Of a DNA stretch of 64,000 bases, positions 48,997 through 57,900 are shown in pieces. The position numbers and the translations under genes are program-made. Source of the stretch: Aplysia californica (Eukaryota). The notes under the pieces are model-generated. The model had not been told where the DNA came from and searched no databases. It saw only the letters and a list, made by a program, of their open reading frames with translations. The stretch spans positions 444,939-508,938 of the forward strand of contig NW_004797467.1 of the NCBI RefSeq assembly GCF_000002075.1. Reading direction: 5' to 3'. Position 1 is the stretch's first letter; each line of letters begins with the position of its first letter.

Positions 48997-51900
48997 ACAC
49001 ATTACACGCACACATGTGCACACACATGCATGCCAAACACACACACACATCTACCTGCTTACCACAATTTGGTATAATTACACAAGTATTCCTGAACAAA
49101 CTGCAGACGAACATTGTAACTTTCACTCAAAAAAGCTGTTCACTTTCATATTTCAAAACATGCATATGCCTAGTGTTTGTCCATGAAATTACCATATTAT
49201 GTGAAAGTAGCGAGGCAGAGAGGGAGGGAATAAGCATTGTTTGAGTGAGACAGAGTCTACAGAGGGAGAATATGATGTGTTAAGATGATGCTATGTATAT
49301 ATAGTTTATGTTGCAGAAGATTGCAAAAGCACACTGTCAGTTTCTCCTAATGTAGGATCAATAAAATATACCTTATCTTATCTTAGACTAAATCTTTGTG
49401 AACAAATACAAGCAGAGTCTCTCACAAACTCACAGAACAACGCCTGTTTAGAACATCACCCACCTTCATCTTCCTCTGTCTCGAAGCCAGATACAGATCT
49501 AACAGACGAGAAAATCTCTCATTGATGAATCTGCTATACTTGGGCACTGACCGGTACGACTCAAACTTCTGTGGTTTGAAGTCAAAACGGCGATCTTCTG
49601 GCTCCTGACTGTCCCATTTTGCTTCCTATTTCACAAAAGAAAAAGAAAAAGTTACAGAAATAAACCAAAATAAAAGAAAAAAATGTAATGTTTTTCTTCT
49701 ATTTGAGAACCTCTATAAACCGAAAACCTGGCTAAACCAAAGAAAACCTGGCGGGCTTCCAAGATTTCGGTTTAAGCAGACTCTATTGTATATACCTCTG
49801 ATTGATTAATAGCAAATATTCTATACTTTTGAACATACAATTGTGATCCAGACCAACACAGGCTGAATGGGACGCAGCATCCCAGCAGACAAACAGACAA
49901 GTAGAGACACTCTATGGCATTACTTCTGCAGGAATCAAACTCATGCCTTCTGCGTGCAATGGCAAAGACAACAACCATTAACACAGCTGCTTTAAGTTTA
50001 AACGAATGATTCAAGACCACAAAAGCCTGATAATTAGACATAGTCATATTCTACTTTGCCCTCACCTCTTCCTCATCCAGCAGATACTCCTCGGGTGGGT
50101 TGAACGACTCCATGTGTCCGGGCAGCGGTTCTTTCGGTGCTGGGATGTGCATTCTGTACCGCTTAGTGATCTCAGGCTGACAACGCACACAGAATTTTTT
50201 TTTTATAAAATATCAACGCATTGGTGACAGGCAACATCTTTCAGCATACACAAAACCAAAGTGATAGACAGTGTCTACACAAAACGACCAACACCTCAGC
50301 TTGCACAGTAAATTAATTAATGTAAGAATGAGGAAAAGCCTAGCTCTACTTCAGACATTTAACTTTTGATTTTGACCTATGGAAGAAGAGCCAATACCAA
50401 AATTATAGCAGAATTTGTTTCACAATTGTTGATTTCTGCAAATTATCATGGCAACTCCAGGCACTGAGTGCCACACCGTGGGGAAACTGCAGTCACAAAC
50501 ATGTTACATCAATATTTGTACATCGTCCCTGTCACAAGCAATTCATTTAAGTTCAAATTAGTGAGGCAGGGTGGTGAAATCAGGTTCTTTGTCCAAATAA
50601 TGAAAGTTAAGAAATTGGCATTTTTGGGGGCAGGTTTGGGATTTTTTATCAAATATTTTGTTTTTTGGCTCAACACCTTTTATGTCCATTAAAGAACACA
50701 TTTCTATGTGGATTTTACTGAAAAACATTGATTAAAAGGAGAAAAATATGTAAATTTTCAGTTTCCACAGACTCTCAGGCTGAGTAAATAACTCAACTTT
50801 GGTGGCCATTTTCTTGCTAATTTTACCTCTGAACCTATGCGACCCCCATCTCCTTCAATTGCCAATATCTTGATTTGTATCTAACATAAATGGATATTTT
50901 TTCATAAAAACAAGGTAAAGGGACAGGCATTAAGATGATACCAAAAACTCCATATGTCCCAAAATTGATGAGCACCTGATTCGACCAAGTCATGACACAT
51001 TTAAAGAATTTTCCATTTTTACACTTTCCCAAAGCTCTATCAAAGATGCACCTTTCAGCATTATCAAAATGCAGGTTAATGCAATGGTTAAGGTTTACAG
51101 TTTTCAAATTTTTCATGATTCCTGATAGGAACAACATAACAAAAACTAGTTTTTTGTCTCTAGTGTTAAAAGTACCCAAATGGAGTTAAGTGGATAGCAT
51201 GCAACACCGACTATGTTCTCTTTATAAGCATGGGGCAGAGAAAAGAATATAATATTGAAAAAGTGTTAAAAGCAAGGAAACTTTTGGAAATGTTTGTTTA
51301 CGAAACAAGGCAAAATGCCAAAACTCTATATCCATCCAGTTTCTGTGTTACAGAATGAAACCCAAATCTTTTTTCGAGTGAATGAAATCATCATCATCTC
51401 ACCTCATTGTCCTCCTTCCACATGTCTAGAGACGGTTCATTTAGGTCCCGGTTTTGCTTCATCTTCCTGATCTCCCCTCGTGGCTTCATCCAACCCATCT
51501 TCAGCGCATGAACCATTTGACCAACCTACAACGACAAAATAAGAGAAAACAAACACATTTGTATACCATGCAACTCCAAAGACACTAACTACCAAGTCAC
51601 TGGACTCCACACCGATCAGCGTCACACAATATTCAGCAGTTAACCACTTCATTTATGATTCAAATGGACGACTCAGTATGTTGGTGCTGCACAATTCCCA
51701 AGATACACAGCAGTGTTCCCTTCACATTACAACTGAATATTTTCACCCCTTCCAGCAGTCTTTAGTTTTAGTTTTAGTAGAGCTTTTTACTGTGCTCCCA
51801 ACTGTATAAGGTTATATGAGCGCCAGAAGATTAGAGGTGTTACAAGAGAGTAACAAACATAAAAAAGGAGGTGAGATAAGGACTATAGGTGTTTGATAGG

Positions 51901-54900
51901 AAAGAAGAAGCAAACCCCACCAGAGCACCCGCCAATCACCCACCTCCAGCAGTCTGAGACTTAAATAGTCAAAATGATTGTAAGTGCTTCAACAGCCTCC
52001 TCATTAGGACCAGCCCTACTCATTTCATGGATTTTCATGGGGCTGTATTCAGTGATATTGCCAATGAGAGAAGCTTTTGGTCTGCATATTTTTCATTTCA
52101 CCAAACTAACCTTGAAAGATAGTCTTCATAATATTAAATATTAGTCCACGGGTATGGGGGGGGGGGGGGGGGCCACCTTCTTGAAAGGTTGTTTTCCTAA
52201 CATGGACAAAGACAAAGAGACAATGAATCTCACTGACCCTTTGCTTCTCCCACAAGGACGGGATGAAGCTTCGCTTGTCTGGGGGTCGGCCGGTCACTGG
52301 CATCTCCATCACCTCGCTTGTAAAAGTGTCAACCCACGGCTGAAGACAAGAAAAGTGGGGTAAGTACAGTCATTTCACATAATATATGCATCAAATGGTG
52401 TAAGACGAATAGGTACCCAGCTACCAAATGTACACATCAAAAAGTGTCAGGTTCGGTACATAGAAATATAATCAAACCTGTCCAAGATGACCATCCACTG
52501 ACAAAATGAAGAATGGTTATCTGAGACAGGTGGCCCTCTTGGACAGTGTCATAGAAATATAGAAGAAAAAAATGCAGGGGGGGGGAGAAGGAGAGTATGA
52601 GGGGGGAATGAGGAGTCATCATTTGTACAGGTGGTCATAAGAGAAGATTTGACAGTATTATCACTGATTACAAAAAAAGAGTCAAGTTCAGTATGTATGA
52701 ATAGTAACTCATTCACATGGCTGCCTGGTCGGTTTGAATAAGCTACTCTCTTGCATTGTAAAAAGCGCTTCTAAGTTAATTAATTCCATAATAATGGGCA
52801 AATCCTACAGATGCAACGAGCTAACACTGATTCAGACTTCTATCAAAGCCTGAGTGACCGCATAATATTCCTCTCTTTATCAGTATCTCAATTTCAAATT
52901 TCAGCACACACACACATATCAAATTCCTGTGCATGCTGTAAACTTTGCTGTAAAAGACAAATCTCATCCTGAAATAATTCCAGAAGAGTTCAATTTCCCT
53001 CATATACCGTCATCCAGGACAAAACTACACAGACCAACAGAGAACAAACAATATCCTCTGCAGTTATAGAACAGAGACAAGTTTGCTTCAAGCTCTCATA
53101 AATTGTCATTCTAGACTCCAAAATCCCTACTCTATCTTCAACTTCTGTCGACAGCATCCTCATATCAGAAAGTTGAAAATAGAAAATAAAAGTTTCTCAT
53201 GTCGATCGAGCACTCACCTCGTAGAGGCCCTCAGACCCCATGGGATGAGTCGACGACTGGATTCTGTTGATCTGCTTCACATCCTCCTCACTGAGTCGAA
53301 CCTTCTGGCCAGTCAGTTTGTTCTTTACCGTGCGCCTTAAAGAAAAGAAAAGACAAACTTCATTGATTCTCCATTGGAAGAAATCGACAGTGTGCTTTCA
53401 CCAGCTTCTGCAACACAAAACATACATACAGCGCATAGAATCAACATGTCACACCCCCCCCCCCCCCCCCCCCCAACCCAAATACGAATTACAACACACA
53501 AAAAATGACAACCAATAAACTACCAACAATTAAAAAAATAAGTGCACACCAAAAAAACACACTTAAAAATAATCAGGTCCAAGATTTCTTTTTTTAATCC
53601 AGTAAAGTAAAAACCTTCCTTACCAATAGTCCGGATCATCAGCTTTCTCCAGAAACTCATCCAGTGCGTCCCCCTGGACCGGCTTGATGAGTTTCCTCCC
53701 CTGAACGTCATAGCCGATGTGTGGATAATCATCATACCACTGCACAGGAATGTTTCCTATCGTGTTCCTCACATCCTGGGGGGGGGGAAACAATTTACAA
53801 ATAAATTTGTTAAAAGACAATATAATAAAAATATGAATTCATTGTTCATTGACCCTCCAAGCCAGGAAGTCTGGTTAACTATGCCACAGATATTTCACCA
53901 ACATATCACATCACATAATATCACACCAACACAGAAATTCTACCCTGCGAACTTTGAACTATTCAATAATATATCCTTATTCACCACTTGTCTATAACCC
54001 TGTCATTAAAGCTAAATAATGGACAAATTAATTCAAAATTCAAGGAAAATCAATACAAAATGTAAAAACCAAACCATAATTTTTAAGAAGCATGTAAAAC
54101 AAAGTTTTGAGAACTCACCACAAAAAAAAAAGAACGAAATCTACCACAATTATCAAATTTCACATCCCCTTAGCACCAAAATATATTGTAATATGTAACA
54201 TTTTATTTTACCCACACATAAAAAGTTTCTGAAATATTTTTTTTTTAAACCATAAAACATTTCCCCCCCAAGTTATCATACAAACCTCTTCATCTGATGA
54301 ATCATACTCGTATTCATCTGTCTTTCCAGAGGCACTGTTGCTCCCATTCTCTTCAGAATTTCCAAACTCTTGACTTGTTCCCTCGTCAAGACCACTGTCA
54401 TCACTGTCCTCCTCAGAACTTTCTTCAAAATATTCCTCATCTTGGCTGCTGCTTTCATCTCCATCTGAATCTTCATCATTGTCACTATTATCACTGTCTG
54501 CATTACTGTCATTTTCTTCAGAACTTGCGGCTACATTGTCTGTTTCTTTTTCATCGTCTTTGTTAACCTGAAAAGAAAAAAAATATATATATAGATTCCT
54601 ATATACAATAATATACTCGTAAGTGATGAAAATGATCACTTTTATTGTTTTTACAGACAGACTGAACAAAACGCAAATAATCATATCATGCAAGGGTAAC
54701 ACAGACCCACAGAGCAGACCGAGTCACCTTTAACTCACTCAATCCCGCGACCGAGATATCTCGGTCAGCTCGTGGGCGGCGTTCAATCCCGCGACAGAGA
54801 TAACTCAGTTCTATAGTTTTGTTCCGTAGACTAGTTATTTTGTTTCGGAAAACGGCCCCAAGTTTTATGCAAGGTCAATTTATTATTTCCGCGGCCAATT

Positions 54901-57900
54901 CTGCCTACAGGGTAGCTGGAATTTTGTTTCTACTGTCATTACACACTGAGAAATTGCGGTTTTTATGAAGGCACTTTCAGCACGTTTTATTCACACTGAT
55001 CAACTGAGCATGTGTCGCAATCGATTCTCTCTTGTTTGTTTGTTTTAGTAGAGGTTTTTCAGCGCTCACAACTGCATATGGTTATATGAGCACCAAGGGG
55101 TGGATGTCAACAGAAAAGTCCTTACAGGGAATCAGACTTACTCCTCTCACCTCTCTAGCTTCAACAGCACAAAGTCTGCTTCGACTATCAAGGCACCCCG
55201 GAAAAAGCAGGTCCCAAGAGTGTGACAAACATACAAAACAAGTAGAGGGAAATGACGATAGTAAGGATTCCAGGGTGATCCTCTCTGCCTTTTTCACACA
55301 TACATTTTTTTTATTCATGAAAGTATTTAACAGTCTTTATTATACATGGCATACAATATATAGATCTAGAAACTCACAAGCACATTTGAATATCAATGTA
55401 GGCTTGCTCTTGCTCATTCCGCCAAGAAAAAAAGCCCCTAATAATGCCAAGTTTGTACAACACTCCAAAGCAAAACTGCTAAAGCTACATGCTTCAAATT
55501 TGGTATGTCTAAAGTTCCATACTGGGTAATATTTATGGTCACTAGAGGGCTCTTAAATAAGTGTAAAAATGACTGTTTTTCTAGGTACATTTTCGGGAAA
55601 AACCTCCGGGATTGAGCGAGTTAATCATAGTTCTATCTCTTTCTTTTTTACTTGTAGCTTAAGCTGAAAGATAAACTGACATTCTTATTTCTAATAAAAT
55701 GGGTGTACTTTGGTACACATTTCCCCCAAAATTGCTGAACACATTAAATTCATCTCAAACAATGTCTTGTCAGACAAACCCTCTGCTAATGTGTCAAAGG
55801 AATTGAGTCTTCTTACTTTCAAGACATAATTTCAAGAACGGACATGTAGAAGGTAAAGTACTCACTGTAGAAAAGAGAGAGATTTCTTCCTGAGTGTTAG
55901 ACTCATCATCCTGTAGCAGGTCTCTCTTCCTCTTTTTCTTTGAAGATTCTGTTGGAACTTTGGTAGACATCTCTTTCTTTTCGCCCTGAGAATGAGTTGA
56001 ATACTGATAATTTAAAACTCACTCAAGCTTTGAAGAGAAAACACAGGAACAACCCCNNNNNNNNNNNNNNNNNNNNNNNNNNNNNNNNNNNNNNNNNNNN
56101 NNNNNNNNNNNNNNNNNNNNNNNNNNNNNNNNNNNNNNNNNNNNNNNNNNNNNNNNNNNNNNNNNNNNNNNNNNNNNNNNNNNNNNNNNNNNNNNNNNNN
56201 NNNNNNNNNNNNNNNNNNNNNNNNNNNNNNNNNNNNNNNNNNNNNNNTGTGAATAGCCTCTAAATATATTTAATACTTAGCATGTTACACACAAGGTTGG
56301 TGATTTTTTTGTTTTTTTAAATAAAAATTTAAAAAATAGATTTTTTAAATTTAAATCAGATTTTTTCAAATTTAAATCGGATTTTTTATTTTTTTTTTTT
56401 TTTTTTTTTAATGTCGACACAGTTTGGGATTTTTGGAGGCTAAAAGTAAGTTCTTATTTTAACTAATGATTAATTTAAGCAACTGCAATTTTAGAAAGCC
56501 TTAATCGGCTATATCAGTGAGTTATGGCTGCAAACAAAAAATGAAGAAAATGTCAGTCTAAAAGGAAGGGGGGGGGGGGGGTAATTATGCATAGATAAAC
56601 TTGCATTTCATTACAGTGTGTGTGTGTACGCACGCCTGTGTTTGTCTAAAAAGAAAAAGATATTGCTAATTTCAATTATGAAAAAAAAGTAAATTGAATA
56701 CAATATTATTTTACTACTTACAGTGACAGGGGGGAAAGCAGACTTTTAAGCATGATTATTTTAGTCTACTAAACCTTGTATCTGTTTTATAAAACCAAGG
56801 AAAGGAATTCTGAATGTTTAAAGATGTAAAAACAGAATACATTTTTTAAAAGTGATTTAAATCACTGAGTTCTATTTTTAAAATCAAGTTAATTTAAAAA
56901 ATCAACTGATTTAAATCAACCTGATTTAAATCAACCCAACCCTGGTTTTCAATTATGAAAAAAAGTAAATTGAGAATTGTATTATTTTACAGTGACTGGG
57001 GGGAAAGAAGACTTTTAAGCATGATTATATTAGTCTACTAAACCTTACAACGTTTAATAAAACCAAGGAAAGGAGTTCTGAATGTTTAAATATGTAAAAA
57101 CTGAATACATTTTTTTGAAAAGTGATTTAAATCATTGATTTTTATTATAAATATCAAGTTGATTTAAATTTAAAAAATCAACTGATTTAAATCAACCCAG
57201 CTCTGATTTCAATTATGGAAAAAAAAGTAAATTGAATACTGTATTATTTTACAGTGAAAGGGGGGAAAGCAGACTTTTAAGCATGATTATATTAGTCTAC
57301 TAAACCTTATATCTGTTTTATGAAACCAAGGAAAGGAATTCTGAATGTAGAAATGTGTAAAAACTGAATAAAAATTTAAAAAATTTTAAGTGATTTAAAT
57401 CACTGATTTTTATTTAAAAAATCAAGTTGATTTAAATCAAAAAAATCAACTGATTTAAATCAACTTGATTTAAATCAACCCAACCCTGACTTTTAGTATT
57501 TAGAATTTTTATTATTACTAGAGCTTTGTGCTACGGAAAAGCGTGCATTGGTGCCAGCCCTGTACGGATTGGGATCCGTCATACTTATACCTAGTAAGCC
57601 GCGTTTTTTAACCAAAAGGTCCGCGTTTCATTGGATGGGTGATAGTCAAGGATCCCCTTGTTCCATTGTCCTTTGTTTTAAGAGAGGTATGACCTCATCA
57701 AGAGCATACGTTTTTAATTCTCTCTCTCCCTTCCTCTCTCTCTCTGTTTTCTGAGTCTCGTTCTCTCTCTCTCGTGATAGCATTACATGTTTTGTAAACA
57801 TCTATATTTTAGCTTTCTGTTCCACATTCGCAGATTTTTCAGTGTCACTTCATTTTGCTCTCTCTTAGGAAAGATGACAGGTGGTAGATTGGGGTCATTT

